A DNA stretch of 64,000 nucleotides from an uncultured Bacilli bacterium (GTDB lineage Bacteria > Bacillota_I > Bacilli_A > RF39 > UBA660), in the NCBI GenBank assembly GCA_934085675.1, contig CAKOHH010000001.1, positions 108,562 through 172,561 of the forward strand, written 5' to 3'. Positions 1 to 10,032 of the stretch are shown here, piece after piece. Below the pieces are notes generated by a model that made no database searches, had not been told where the DNA came from, and saw only the letters and a list, made by a program, of their open reading frames with translations. The stretch's first letter is position 1. Every line of letters begins with the position of its first letter. The position numbers and the translations under genes were made by a program.

Positions 1-691
1 TAAGAGATTTCGTATTGCTTTTCTTAATAACAAAGGTCATTAAATAATGATTGAACATTAGACGTTCTTTAGATCCTCTTATCACTTTTTTGGTCTTGGT
101 ATTGATGACATAATCATAAAGACAAATTTTGGCATAAACAATTAAAGAAACCACGTTGTTTTCACTCGTGATATTAACAATTTTCATATCAAGATTTTGA
201 TAATCACTCATAATATTTTGCCCATTTTTAAGTTTTAACGTTTCTAATTGGGAAACATAGGTGTTATAAAGTTCGTCCGTACAATACTCTCTTAAAGCAT
301 CATAATCAAAATTCATCCAAGCCTCTTGAATATTTACAAAACAGGCAAAAGCATCTTCTTTTACTTGTTCTATAGTTTTGTCTGGTAAGCATCTTTGTAA
401 ATCTTCTAAAGTAATGTCTTTATAACCTCTATAATGATCTGTCACATTATTTCTAAAGTCTTTATCACCAAAAGCAATTCTAATCACAAATAAAATAATA
501 CAAATAAAAATCAATTGCATAAAGCCTTTTGTATTGCTGCTAAAGTGATGAAACGACGAAGAAACAAAACGACTGTCCCATAGTGAACCATCACTATTAT
601 AAGAAGAATTCAAAACAGAAGGTGCCTTAACAATTAAAGTTGCCAAAATAGTAAAAGCACACAATAAAACACATATTAATTTCTTTTTCAT
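1..691 (-). CDS. Secreted/membrane-anchored hypothetical protein, partial (C-terminus lies beyond the window start); possible Tim44-like domain
   Basis: ATG at 691-689 (minus) preceded by GGAAG RBS. Translation begins MKKKLICVLLCAFTILATL, a signal peptide/TM. Open frame runs to the window edge. Not in the ORF track because it is truncated. Confidence 0.4.
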   Translation of the reverse strand, partial: MKKKLICVLLCAFTILATLIVKAPSVLNSSYNSDGSLWDSRFVSSSFHHFSSNTKGFMQLIFICIILFVIRIAFGDKDFRNNVTDHYRGYKDITLEDLQRCLPDKTIEQVKEDAFACFVNIQEAWMNFDYDALREYCTDELYNTYVSQLETLKLKNGQNIMSDYQNLDMKIVNITSENNVVSLIVYAKICLYDYVINTKTKKVIRGSKERLMFNHYLMTFVIKKSNTKSL

Positions 692-802
692 ACTCTACTT
701 CCTTATATATATTTTAGCAAAGTAGAATTTAAAAAGCCACTTTTATTATTTGTTTTTATTAAATAATCGTCAATTTAGACTTTATTTTTTTTCTAAATAT
801 GG

Positions 803-808
803 TATAAT
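803..808 (+). promoter_or_regulatory. Extended -10 promoter (TGgTATAAT) driving the tRNA genes
   Basis: The sequence tgGTATAAT lies ~20 nt upstream of the tRNA-Lys 5' end. Confidence 0.5.
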
Positions 809-828
809 TCTAAGTACTGGTAGCAAAT

Positions 829-904
829 GTCTCCATAGCTCAGTTGGTAGAGCAACTGACTCTTAATCAGTGGGTCCACGGTTCGAGCCCGTGTGGGGAC
901 ACCA
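829..904 (+). tRNA. tRNA-Lys (anticodon CUU)
   Basis: Cloverleaf folded by hand: acceptor GTCTCCA/TGGGGAC, D arm AGCTCAGTTGGTAGAGC, anticodon stem ACTGA/TCAGT with loop CTCTTAA (CTT), T arm GGTTCGAGCCC, discriminator A plus encoded CCA. Confidence 0.85.
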
Positions 905-917
905 TTATGTGTTTTTT

Positions 918-940
918 AAAAGCCTTTAAAGAGGCTTTTT
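918..940 (+). terminator. Perfect 8-bp hairpin (AAAAGCCT-ttaaag-AGGCTTTT) between the two tRNA genes
   Basis: Inverted repeat seen directly; followed by a T-rich stretch. Confidence 0.4.
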
Positions 941-947
941 AAATTAT

Positions 948-1023
948 TACCCTGTCGCCAAGTGGTAAGGCAATGGGCTCTGACCCCATCATTTCGCCGG
1001 TTCGAATCCAGCCAGGGTAGCCA
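948..1023 (+). tRNA. tRNA-Gln (anticodon CUG)
   Basis: Acceptor TACCCTG/CAGGGTA, D arm GCCAAGTGGTAAGGC, anticodon stem ATGGG/CCCAT with loop CTCTGAC, T loop GGTTCGAATCC, then GCCA. Closely resembles Bacillus tRNA-Gln. Confidence 0.75.
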
Positions 1024-1061
1024 ATAAAAAAAATAAGTCTTGCGAAAATGCAAGGCTTTTT

Positions 1062-1922
1062 CTAGTACCTATCTTTAGGTAAATTATCTAAAATTTGAAC
1101 ATATGACTGATAACGACTTGGTAAAATTTCACCATTTTCTAAAGCTTTTTTAACACCACAATTTCGTTCCTTTAGATGAAAACAATCTTTGAACTCACAA
1201 GGATATTTTTGAAATTCTAGAAAAGCGTTTTTAACTTCTTCTTTAGAAGATGTTAAAATATCTAAGGCTGAAAAACCAGGAGTATCGCAAAAAGAAATGT
1301 TACCAATATTAAAAATCTCTGTATGTCTTGTTGTGTGTTTTCCTCGGTTTAGAGCCTCGGATATCTCTCCGGTTTTAAGGCTTAAATTCTTATCTAATCT
1401 ATTTAACAAAGTACTTTTACCAGCCCCGGTTTGTCCGGTTAAAACAACTAAAGAATTGGCTAAATAATTTTTTAAAGTTTCTAAATCATTATTATTAAAA
1501 CAAGGAATACCAATACTTTCATAGTATTTTTTTACATTTGCATATAAAGTAACATCTTCTAATAAATCTAATTTTGTAAAGCAAATAACTGGTTTAATAT
1601 TAGCTAAAATAATGGAAGTAATTTCTTTATCTAACAAAAGAAAATTAAAATCTGGTTGTTTCATAGAAGTTACAATAAGACCATAATTGACATTGCAAAC
1701 ACTTGGTCTTGAAAGTTCATTTAAACGAGGTAATAGTTCTAAAATGTAGTTGTTTTCTTCATCAATTTCACAATAGTCTCCCACCAAAGGAGTCTTTTTT
1801 TGGGCTCTGAATTTTCCTCTTGGGATGCATTCATAAGAACCATTACTTGTATTCACAAGATAATGGTTACTTATGTTTTTGATGATTTGTCCTTTTAACA
1901 TGTTGCTCCTTCTGTACCACAA
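1062..1922 (-). CDS. rsgA: Ribosome small-subunit-dependent GTPase A (RsgA/YloQ)
   Basis: Circularly permuted GTPase: G4 motif before the P-loop GQTGAGKSTLLN. C-terminal zinc finger CEFKDCFHLKERNC. Sits in the conserved pknB-rsgA neighbourhood. Confidence 0.85.
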   Translation of the reverse strand: MWYRRSNMLKGQIIKNISNHYLVNTSNGSYECIPRGKFRAQKKTPLVGDYCEIDEENNYILELLPRLNELSRPSVCNVNYGLIVTSMKQPDFNFLLLDKEITSIILANIKPVICFTKLDLLEDVTLYANVKKYYESIGIPCFNNNDLETLKNYLANSLVVLTGQTGAGKSTLLNRLDKNLSLKTGEISEALNRGKHTTRHTEIFNIGNISFCDTPGFSALDILTSSKEEVKNAFLEFQKYPCEFKDCFHLKERNCGVKKALENGEILPSRYQSYVQILDNLPKDRY

Positions 1923-3703
1923 ACACGTCCTTCACTATCGGTTTGTTCACCATCATCTTTTGGCTTTGTAGTAGAAGAACCCTTTTTGGTAACTGTGATA
2001 GTTATACTTGTATTTTCAACAATACGACTACCTTTTTCTCTACTTTGACCAATAACAATGCCGGCATCCCGAGAGTTATCTTCTTTTTCAATTTTATTAA
2101 CAGTTACATTATATTTTTTCAAATAATCTACAACATCATTATAAGTATAACTACCCGTTGTAAAATCAGGATATTTATCTACGTTTGGAATATAAAGGGT
2201 AACATAGTCTCCCTTACTTACCTTTTCTCCAGCAGCTGGAGTTTGAGAAAGAATAGTGTTTTCTTCGGCTTTTTCATCAGTTGTACTTTTCTTCTCCACT
2301 AAAACTTGAATATCTAATGCTTCTAATTTACCTTTAATTTCTAAATAGTTTTTACCAGTGTAATCTTCTAAAGTGATTTTAGAGTCTCCTTCACTTACCC
2401 ATAAAGTAACTTCAGTGCCTTTTGTTCTTTTAGTATTGGCAAGAGGAGATGTTTTAACGACATTCCCATAAGGAATAGTATCAGAACTTGTCTTTTGCTG
2501 ATCACTTGCTACTTTAAAACCAGCGTCTTGTAAAGTTTTTAGGGCATCTTCTACCGTATAGCCAGATACATCTGGAATAGTAATTTCTTTATTCGTTGTT
2601 AAAGCTGGAATTAAAATAACAATAGTGGTAATGGCTACAATTAAAAAAGTAAAAATAGAAGTCAAAACAATTAATAATTTATTTTGTTTTTTTAAATCAT
2701 TTTTGGTTATTTGTTTTGCCAAAATTTCACCCTCATCATCTACTGTTTTTTCAATTTTTATATTTTTGGATTTTACCGGTTCATCATTAGAAATTTTCTT
2801 ACTTTCTTTTTTCTTATCGTCTGTAAATTCTGGATAAGGTAAAGTTATCTTAGGTTCATGTAATCTTTCCTCATCTAAACAAGTTAATAAATCCATGTGC
2901 ATTTCTCTAGCGTCAGCATAACGATTTTTAGGATTTTTAGCGGTTGCTTTAATGATGATGTTTTCAACACTTGTTGGAATGTTTGGTAAAATTTCTCGAA
3001 TACTTGGTAAAGGTTCTTTTAAATGTTTTAATGCAATTTCAACGGCATTATCACCGCGGTAAGGAAGAGTTCCTGTTAGAAGTTCATACATAACAATTCC
3101 CATCGAATAAATATCACTTTGTAAAATAGCGCCTTTACCATTGGCTTGTTCAGGAGGAATATAATGAACACTACCCATTACAGAATTTGTTTGAGTAAGC
3201 TGCGTACTATTCATCGCCATGGCAATACCAAAGTCCATGATTTTAACCATACCATTTTCTAAAATCATAATATTTTGAGGTTTAATATCACGGTGAATAA
3301 TATAAGAATCATGAGCCACACTCATGCCATCAGTAATTTGCAGCATAATATCTATGACTTCACTTAAAGTAAGTTTTCCTCTTTTTTTAATTAAGTCCTT
3401 TAAATTTTTTCCTTCCACATATTCCATTACAATGTAGTATTGACCAGCATCTTCTCCTACATCATAAACTTCGACGATATTAGGATGCGATAGGCTACTT
3501 GCTGAAAGTGCCTCACGTTGAAATCTTCTGACAAATTTCTCATCATTAGCAAGATCTCCTCTTAATACTTTAACAGCAACATTACGGTCTAAAATTGTAT
3601 CATAAGCAAGATAAACATTTGCCATACCTCCTTCACCAATTGCTTTGATGATTTGGTAACGGTCACTGATTTTTTGCCCTTTCATTATCATTTTAACACC
3701 CAC
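1895..3703 (-). CDS. prkC: Ser/Thr protein kinase with extracellular PASTA repeats (PknB/PrkC-like)
   Basis: Hanks kinase motifs GEGGMANVY, VAVK, HRDIKPQN, DFGIA. Single TM segment followed by PASTA-like repeats. Lies downstream of a PP2C phosphatase gene. Confidence 0.85.
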   Translation of the reverse strand: MGVKMIMKGQKISDRYQIIKAIGEGGMANVYLAYDTILDRNVAVKVLRGDLANDEKFVRRFQREALSASSLSHPNIVEVYDVGEDAGQYYIVMEYVEGKNLKDLIKKRGKLTLSEVIDIMLQITDGMSVAHDSYIIHRDIKPQNIMILENGMVKIMDFGIAMAMNSTQLTQTNSVMGSVHYIPPEQANGKGAILQSDIYSMGIVMYELLTGTLPYRGDNAVEIALKHLKEPLPSIREILPNIPTSVENIIIKATAKNPKNRYADAREMHMDLLTCLDEERLHEPKITLPYPEFTDDKKKESKKISNDEPVKSKNIKIEKTVDDEGEILAKQITKNDLKKQNKLLIVLTSIFTFLIVAITTIVILIPALTTNKEITIPDVSGYTVEDALKTLQDAGFKVASDQQKTSSDTIPYGNVVKTSPLANTKRTKGTEVTLWVSEGDSKITLEDYTGKNYLEIKGKLEALDIQVLVEKKSTTDEKAEENTILSQTPAAGEKVSKGDYVTLYIPNVDKYPDFTTGSYTYNDVVDYLKKYNVTVNKIEKEDNSRDAGIVIGQSREKGSRIVENTSITITVTKKGSSTTKPKDDGEQTDSEGRVCGTEGATC

Positions 3704-3704
3704 T

Positions 3705-4430
3705 TTATATTTCTAAATAGGCAACCGAGATATTATCAATTCCACCTCGGGCATTACTTTTCTTTATTAATTTTTTCACTTTATCTTCCACCGATAATTC
3801 TTCGTCCAATACCTTTTCAATTTGCTCGACAGTTAACATGTTGGTAAGACCATCACTACAAAGGAAAATACCATCAACATCGGTTTCTACTTCAAAAATA
3901 TCCATGTCAATATTTTCTCCAACACCTAAAGCTTTCATTAAAATATTTTTCTTTGGATGTGTTTTTGCTTCTTCTTCGGTAATATCTCCTGCTTCTACTA
4001 ATAAGTTAACTAAAGTATGATCTTTAGTGACTTTATGTAAACGATTATTTTTTAAAACAAAACCAGAAGAATCACCAATATTACCAAAAATCAAAAAGTT
4101 ATTGGTTCGTAAAGCTAAAACTATTGTTGTGCCTAAACCAGTTGAATCAAAGTGAGTTTTAGCATAATCTAAAATTTCTTCATTAATCTCACTAATATTG
4201 TCATTTAGCCAATTTACCGCATCTAATTTTGAACCCACACTACTGAGTTTTTGAAATCTTTTGCCAAAATGGGTAACAGCCAAAGAAGAAGCTACTTCCC
4301 CAGCGCGGTGTCCGCCCATGCCATCACAAACAAGCATTAAAGTTTCCCCACTGCCATTTTGAATAATTAAAACGCTATCTTCATTATGACTTCTGACTTT
4401 TCCCACATCTGTTAAATAATATGATTTCAT
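3705..4430 (-). CDS. stp: PP2C-family Ser/Thr phosphatase (Stp/PrpC)
   Basis: MKSYYLTDVGKVRSHNEDS ... DGMGGH ... SDGL PP2C motifs. Paired with the kinase gene. Confidence 0.85.
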   Translation of the reverse strand: MKSYYLTDVGKVRSHNEDSVLIIQNGSGETLMLVCDGMGGHRAGEVASSLAVTHFGKRFQKLSSVGSKLDAVNWLNDNISEINEEILDYAKTHFDSTGLGTTIVLALRTNNFLIFGNIGDSSGFVLKNNRLHKVTKDHTLVNLLVEAGDITEEEAKTHPKKNILMKALGVGENIDMDIFEVETDVDGIFLCSDGLTNMLTVEQIEKVLDEELSVEDKVKKLIKKSNARGGIDNISVAYLEI

Positions 4431-4542
4431 AATTCACCTCGTTATCATACTAAGCATATCAAATATTTTTAAAGACGTCTATAAAATTACTTGCAAGTCT
4501 TTTTATTTCTAAAAATTATTTGACATGAAATTGACAACTTTT

Positions 4543-4980
4543 TTATTCCTTTTCTAACCAAATGGTGGTTGGACCAACATTCGTAAAACTTATTTTCATA
4601 TCTGCCCCAAAAACACCCGTTTCAACGTGAACTTGTTTAGACAGTTCTTCTTTAAATTTATCATATAGTTTAATAGCTTCTTCCCCGTTTAAGGCTTTTA
4701 TATAACTTGGGCGATTGCCATTTTTAGTCTCGGCATAAAGTGTAAATTGACTGACAAGTAAAATTGTTCCGTTGACATCTAAGATGCTTTTATTCATAAC
4801 TCCATTGTCATCAGGAAAAATACGTAAGTTTAAGACTTTTCTGGTCATATAAGAAATATGTTCTTCGGTATCATTTTTTGTAAAACCAACCAAGACCATC
4901 AAGCCTTTTTGACAAGTACCTGTCAATTTACCATTGGCTGTAACACTGGCATTTTCACATCTTTGGACTAAAACTCTCAC
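4543..4980 (-). CDS. dtd: D-aminoacyl-tRNA deacylase
   Basis: 145 aa. N-terminus MRVLVQR and the SQFTLYA motif. Overlaps the relA stop, as in the relA-dtd operon. Confidence 0.85.
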   Translation of the reverse strand: MRVLVQRCENASVTANGKLTGTCQKGLMVLVGFTKNDTEEHISYMTRKVLNLRIFPDDNGVMNKSILDVNGTILLVSQFTLYAETKNGNRPSYIKALNGEEAIKLYDKFKEELSKQVHVETGVFGADMKISFTNVGPTTIWLEKE

Positions 4981-7118
4981 TTACGTATCACCTCTTTTAC
5001 AAAGCGGAAAGTCATTAAACTATTCATGAATCCTTCTAATGCTTCTTTACCACTTGTCTTAACAGTAAGCTCATAAAGTGTTTCATTTAAATTATTTTTG
5101 GTTTTCACAGCATCAACATAAACATTTTTACTTGTTGCTTTACCAATAATATCTAACAAATAATTTTTACCTGTTTCGCAAGTCACTAAGACCTTGGCAA
5201 AATAAGAAGATTCTTTTAAGTTGTTCCAACTAACATCAATAAGTCGTTCGGGTTCATTTTTTACATTTTGACAATTTTTTCTATGAATAGTTACACCTTC
5301 GCCTTTGGTGATAAAGCCAACAATTTCATCGCCAAAAATAGGGTGACAACATTTAGCAAGATTGGTCATAATGCCATCTTCACCGTTTACTAAAACCATA
5401 CCCCGTTCTTTTTTATGATTTAAATTTTTACTATCATTATTTAAGACTTTTTCAATTAAAACATCTCTAACATCCTTTTTCTCTTCAGTTGCTAAAGAGA
5501 TAATATAGCTTGCTGTGAAACGTAAAGAGCCAATGGAAAAATAAATATCCTCGACATTTTCTAATTTTAAATCAGCACATATCTTTTTAACATTCTCATT
5601 AGATAAAACTGTATCAAAAGAAAGATGTCTTTTTCTAAGTTCATTATTTAAAATTGTTTTACCTTTTTCGGTATAAATATCTTTTTCTTGCTTACTAAAA
5701 TAAGCTTTTATCTTATTACGAGCATGGCTTGTTTTAACAAAATTTAGCCATTCTTTATTAGGAACACCAGTGGAACTTGTTTTAATTTTAACAATATCAT
5801 TAGTCTGAAGTTCATAATTTAAAGGTACAATCGCATCATTTACAATGGCGCCGACTGTTTTATCACCAACACCAGTATGAATACGATAAGCAAAATCAAG
5901 GGGTGTCGAACCTTTAGGTAGTTCTAAAACGTCTCCTTTTGGTGTAAAAACATAAATACTATCATTTAATAAATCACTTTTGATTTCACTGGCAAACTGA
6001 GCATCTGATAAGTTTTCACTAGATTCAATTAAATTTCTAAAAATTTCCAGTTTTTGTTCCATAATGCTTTTAACATAGTGTTTTTCTTTGTAGGCAAAGT
6101 GAGATGCGACTCCTTTTTCGGCAAATTCATCCATTTCTTCAGTTCTAATTTGCACTTCATAACGGTGACCATCACTACCAAAAACACCCGTATGTAAACT
6201 TTGATACATATTTGCTTTAGGCATAGCAATATAGTCTTTAAAACGTCCTGGAATGGGTCTATATTTAGCGTGAATAAGACCAACTGTTAAATAACATTCA
6301 CTTACCTTTTCAACAATTACCCTTAAAGCTAAAATATCATAGATTTTTTCCCATGTTTTACCATTATTTAATTTGTTATAAATACTATAAACACTTTTTA
6401 CACGACTTTTGATATGAAAAGGAATATTTTGCTCAGTTAACATTTCACTAATTGAATCTTCCATATCCTTTAGGCTTTCTTTTAGTTCTTCTTGAGTAGC
6501 ATTTAAGCGTTCTAATATATCACGATACACATCTGGTTTACTATATTTTAAACATAAATCTTCCATTTCCCCTTTGATTTTATACATACCAAGACGATGG
6601 GCAATAGGAATTAAAACTGTCATTGTTTCATTAACTTTTCTTTTACGATCTTCTTCGCTTAGAGCATCTGCCGTTCTTAAATTATGAAGACGATCTGCGA
6701 GTTTTAAAAATAAAACTCTAATATCTTCACTCATTCCTACTAAAACTTTACGTAAGTTCATTGCTGAATATTCTGAATCATCTTGAAGTTCTAAACGATT
6801 AATTTTAGAAATAGTCCAAACTATATTAGCCACATCCGAGCCAAAAAGGCTTTCAATTTCTTCTTTGGTAGCACCCGCATGATTCATAGTTTCATGAATT
6901 AAAGAAGCCATGATAGTTTCCGCATCAACACACATATCCAAAAGAATTTCCATAACACCAAGGGGATGTGTCATATAAGGAAGCCCATTTAATCTCATTT
7001 TACCAGCGTGTTTTTGTAAGCCAAATTGATAAGCTTCTGTTATTTTACTAATTTCTTCAGAATTATAATATTCTTCACATTTTGTTAATAGTTTATTAAA
7101 AATTTCATCTGTTTGCAT
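4977..7118 (-). CDS. relA: Bifunctional (p)ppGpp synthetase/hydrolase, RelA/SpoT family
   Basis: 713 aa. HD domain (HETMNH ... DRLHNLRT), synthetase domain, TGS and ACT regions. Confidence 0.9.
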   Translation of the reverse strand: MQTDEIFNKLLTKCEEYYNSEEISKITEAYQFGLQKHAGKMRLNGLPYMTHPLGVMEILLDMCVDAETIMASLIHETMNHAGATKEEIESLFGSDVANIVWTISKINRLELQDDSEYSAMNLRKVLVGMSEDIRVLFLKLADRLHNLRTADALSEEDRKRKVNETMTVLIPIAHRLGMYKIKGEMEDLCLKYSKPDVYRDILERLNATQEELKESLKDMEDSISEMLTEQNIPFHIKSRVKSVYSIYNKLNNGKTWEKIYDILALRVIVEKVSECYLTVGLIHAKYRPIPGRFKDYIAMPKANMYQSLHTGVFGSDGHRYEVQIRTEEMDEFAEKGVASHFAYKEKHYVKSIMEQKLEIFRNLIESSENLSDAQFASEIKSDLLNDSIYVFTPKGDVLELPKGSTPLDFAYRIHTGVGDKTVGAIVNDAIVPLNYELQTNDIVKIKTSSTGVPNKEWLNFVKTSHARNKIKAYFSKQEKDIYTEKGKTILNNELRKRHLSFDTVLSNENVKKICADLKLENVEDIYFSIGSLRFTASYIISLATEEKKDVRDVLIEKVLNNDSKNLNHKKERGMVLVNGEDGIMTNLAKCCHPIFGDEIVGFITKGEGVTIHRKNCQNVKNEPERLIDVSWNNLKESSYFAKVLVTCETGKNYLLDIIGKATSKNVYVDAVKTKNNLNETLYELTVKTSGKEALEGFMNSLMTFRFVKEVIRK

Positions 7119-7163
7119 TGTAAACCTCGTTTCTATATTTTTTTCAATTTATATATAAGTTTT

Positions 7164-7814
7164 TTAAATATTTTCTTTCTTATCCTTTTCTTCTAATAAA
7201 ATTTCACAATGAATCGTTGCATCTAATTTTTTTCTAAAAATTAAAGCATCTTTAATAGAACCAGCAACATAGCCATAATGAATAGGAATGGCTAGTTTTG
7301 GCGCGATATAATTGGCCAAATTGGCTGCTTCTAAACAATCCATTGTATAAGTTCCTCCGACAGGAATAAAAAGAACATCGCACACTACTTCTTTGGCTTC
7401 TTTTGTGACATCAGTATCTCCCATAATATAATAAATAACATTGTCTAAATTAACAACATAACCAACCCAGCCACTGGCTTTAGGATGATTTTTTTTATGT
7501 AAATTATATGCTGGAATGGTTTTAAATTCTATATTTTTTAAACTGTAAGTTTTATTTGGTTTAACTACCATAATATATTCTTCATCAAAACCAACACTTA
7601 ATAATTCTTCAACAATATCTTTAGTTGTAATAATAACAGTACCTTCTTTTTTTAACTCTAAAATTGAAAGTAGAGAAAAATGATCAAAATGAGGATGAGT
7701 TATAAAAATGTAGTCAGCATCATGTCTTGTTTTTACTTCTAAAGGGTCAAAATAAAGAACTTTACTTCCCTCTAGACGGATACTGCTTTGTTTATTAACA
7801 CTAATGGGTTGCAT
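7164..7814 (-). CDS. MBL-fold metallo-hydrolase
   Basis: ITHPHFDH metal-binding motif; 216 aa. Confidence 0.7.
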   Translation of the reverse strand: MQPISVNKQSSIRLEGSKVLYFDPLEVKTRHDADYIFITHPHFDHFSLLSILELKKEGTVIITTKDIVEELLSVGFDEEYIMVVKPNKTYSLKNIEFKTIPAYNLHKKNHPKASGWVGYVVNLDNVIYYIMGDTDVTKEAKEVVCDVLFIPVGGTYTMDCLEAANLANYIAPKLAIPIHYGYVAGSIKDALIFRKKLDATIHCEILLEEKDKKENI

Positions 7815-8052
7815 ATATTTCTCCTTTATATTGATAAATAGTTAAACTATCTGTGTTTAAAATGTCATCTACCATAATACCTAAGGTAAGAGCCTTTTGA
7901 CCTTTCCAAATATGTTTACATAAATAATGCCAAATATCATCTTCCGTTATATATAAATATTTTTCACGAATCATTTCATTTTTTTTCGTTCTCAATGCGG
8001 GAAGTAATTTTTGATAAAGCTCCTCTAAACTTGTAAAATTTTCTTCTTTCAT
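7801..8052 (-). CDS. Small protein, possibly ComN/YrzL-like post-transcriptional regulator (DUF1885)
   Basis: 83 aa. The DDIWHYLCKHIWKG...LGIMVDDIL pattern resembles ComN-family proteins. Confidence 0.35.
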   Translation of the reverse strand: MKEENFTSLEELYQKLLPALRTKKNEMIREKYLYITEDDIWHYLCKHIWKGQKALTLGIMVDDILNTDSLTIYQYKGEIYATH

Positions 8053-8130
8053 GCCATCACCTATTCTTAAATACTTTCCATTTGCATAATAATATTATAA
8101 AGCAAATAAAGAGAATAGGAAAGTGATTAT

Positions 8131-9423
8131 TTGAAAAAAGACACCTTTAAAACATCCATTCTTATCTTATTATTAGGGGGCATCATTACCAAAATATTAG
8201 GCTTTGTTATTCGTATTTTAAGCACTCGTATTTTGACTTTGGAAGGGATTAGTTATTTAACTCTTGTCATGCCTACCTATTCTCTTTTTATCACCCTTTG
8301 TTCTTTTGCCTTACCAATTAGTATTTCTAAAATGGTTAGTGAAAAAAAAATTCGCAGTAAAAAAATATTTTTTTCAACATGCTTTTTTATTTTCTTTTTA
8401 GAAATAGTTTTAATTGGAGGTATTTTTCTTTTAGCCCCCTTTATTGCCAATACTCTTTTACATCAGCCTAAAGTTTATCCACTTATCTTAGCAATGACAT
8501 TTACTTTACCTTTTATTTCCATCACTTCTTTTTTTAAAGGATATTTTTTGGGCAAATTTAAAGTTCATCCCAATGTCATTTCTAATTTTTTTGAACAAAT
8601 TACGCGGATTCTTTTTATTGTCTTAATACTACCTAAGATTATTTCTTATGGTCTTATGTATGGCGTCATTTCTTATATTCTTTTAAATGCTGTGACTGAA
8701 TTTATTAGCATTTTAGTGTTTATGGCTTTTCTACCATCCCAAATATGTCTTACTAAAGAAGATATAAAACCATGCAAAAAAATTATTAAAGAAATGCTAG
8801 AAACGAGTCTTCCTTCTATGTCTAGCCGTGTCTTTGGTAATATTGGTTTCTTTTTAGAACCTATTATTTTAACTAATTTCTTGCTTTTAAATGGGTATTC
8901 TTCTTCTTATATTTTACAAGAATATGCTGCCTACAACGCTTACGCGATTGGCTTACTCACTTTACCATCTTTTTTTGTCATGGCTATATGTCAAATATTA
9001 ATTCCCGAAGTAAGTAAATACAAAAGTGAACAAAACACTTTAATGTTAAAAAAAAGAATCAAACAAGCCTTATGTTATTCTTTTTTCATTGGGATAGTTA
9101 GTTGTACCGTTCTTTTTATTTTTAGAAATATTCTTTTAGCCCTTCTTTATAAAACAACTCTTGGAAGTGACTATATATTCACATTGGCCCCTTTTTTTGT
9201 TCTTTTCTATCTAGAAGCCCCTTTATCAAGCATTTTAGAGGCTGGCGGATTTGCTTCCTCTTCTTTTAAAATTACTTTTTGGGGAGTTATCTTAAAATTA
9301 ATTACTTTAAGCATATTGTCTTTTTGTCATATTGGCCTTTACAGCCTTGTTTTTAGTGAAATTATTAATATTATTTTTGTGGTTTTCTTAAGTTTTAAGG
9401 CTCTTAAAAAAGTTATTCAATAG
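8131..9423 (+). CDS. MOP-superfamily flippase (SpoVB/MurJ/polysaccharide-biosynthesis protein family)
   Basis: Polytopic 430-aa membrane protein. N-terminal signature KILGFVIRILSTRIL..EG.SYLTLVMPTYSLFITL...LPISISKMVSEKK is typical of SpoVB/Wzx-like proteins. Confidence 0.55.
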   Translation: MKKDTFKTSILILLLGGIITKILGFVIRILSTRILTLEGISYLTLVMPTYSLFITLCSFALPISISKMVSEKKIRSKKIFFSTCFFIFFLEIVLIGGIFLLAPFIANTLLHQPKVYPLILAMTFTLPFISITSFFKGYFLGKFKVHPNVISNFFEQITRILFIVLILPKIISYGLMYGVISYILLNAVTEFISILVFMAFLPSQICLTKEDIKPCKKIIKEMLETSLPSMSSRVFGNIGFFLEPIILTNFLLLNGYSSSYILQEYAAYNAYAIGLLTLPSFFVMAICQILIPEVSKYKSEQNTLMLKKRIKQALCYSFFIGIVSCTVLFIFRNILLALLYKTTLGSDYIFTLAPFFVLFYLEAPLSSILEAGGFASSSFKITFWGVILKLITLSILSFCHIGLYSLVFSEIINIIFVVFLSFKALKKVIQ

Positions 9424-9937
9424 CCCCTTGAAAGGTAATGGTATTTTTCTTTTTGTTTAAAACAAAACGATATTCTGGCGTTGTTTTAGTTTTATCATGT
9501 TCAAAAAATATTTCTTCATCAGTTTCTTCTTCTAACAATCCATTTTTTAAATCATCAAAAGTTAAATATTTATTTTTTAAAGCTTCTTCTAAAGTCATTT
9601 TGGTCGAGCCGTAACTTAAATAGACTTCATCCACACAATCAAAATAAAAAGTCTTATCTTCAAAAACAAACTTTTCTTTCAGTTGACACCTTTTCTGAGG
9701 CTCATAAGATAACTCATAAGTTGTATAATCATCTATTTTTTCTAATCTTTCTTTTCGTTGTAATTTAAGTAAATAAGTATTTAAGAAAAAAGATAGAACC
9801 AAAAGGCATCCTAGAATAAAAAGTAAGAAGTAATAAACTGCTTTTTTTTGCTTTGCTAAATAATTTTTTCCCTTCATAATACCACCTTCCAACTTGCCTA
9901 TATATAATATCACATACCTGTCAAAAAGTCTTGTCAA
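9413..9937 (-). CDS. Hypothetical membrane-anchored protein
   Basis: 174 aa with a single N-terminal TM segment. Convergently overlaps the flippase gene by 11 nt. Confidence 0.4.
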   Translation of the reverse strand: MTRLFDRYVILYIGKLEGGIMKGKNYLAKQKKAVYYFLLFILGCLLVLSFFLNTYLLKLQRKERLEKIDDYTTYELSYEPQKRCQLKEKFVFEDKTFYFDCVDEVYLSYGSTKMTLEEALKNKYLTFDDLKNGLLEEETDEEIFFEHDKTKTTPEYRFVLNKKKNTITFQGAIE

Positions 9938-10032
9938 AAAAGAGTTAAAATTAATTTTTTTAAGGCAACAAATTGTAATTTAGAAAGGGGTATGATAAAA
10001 TTAAAAAGAATAATAAAGGAGCAAATGATTTT

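Noticed and set aside
1943-4020. Plus-strand ORFs 1943-2302, 2625-2837, 3653-3847 and 3838-4020, antisense to pknB and stp
   Set aside because: They lie entirely within well-supported minus-strand genes. They have low-complexity translations and no RBS. They are typical spurious AT-rich frames.
6029-6283. Nested same-strand ORF inside relA. The same applies to 10053-10253, 10383-10859, 11112-11330, 12972-13163, 13583-13792, 15349-15552, 17184-17528, 19419-19604, 21852-22052, 27067-29338 (three), 39079-39462 (two), 48351-48536, 49118-49366, 52756-53097, 54268-54723, 60710-60913, 61675-61860, 63192-63873 (three).
   Set aside because: They overlap confidently identified genes in alternative frames and have no independent support.
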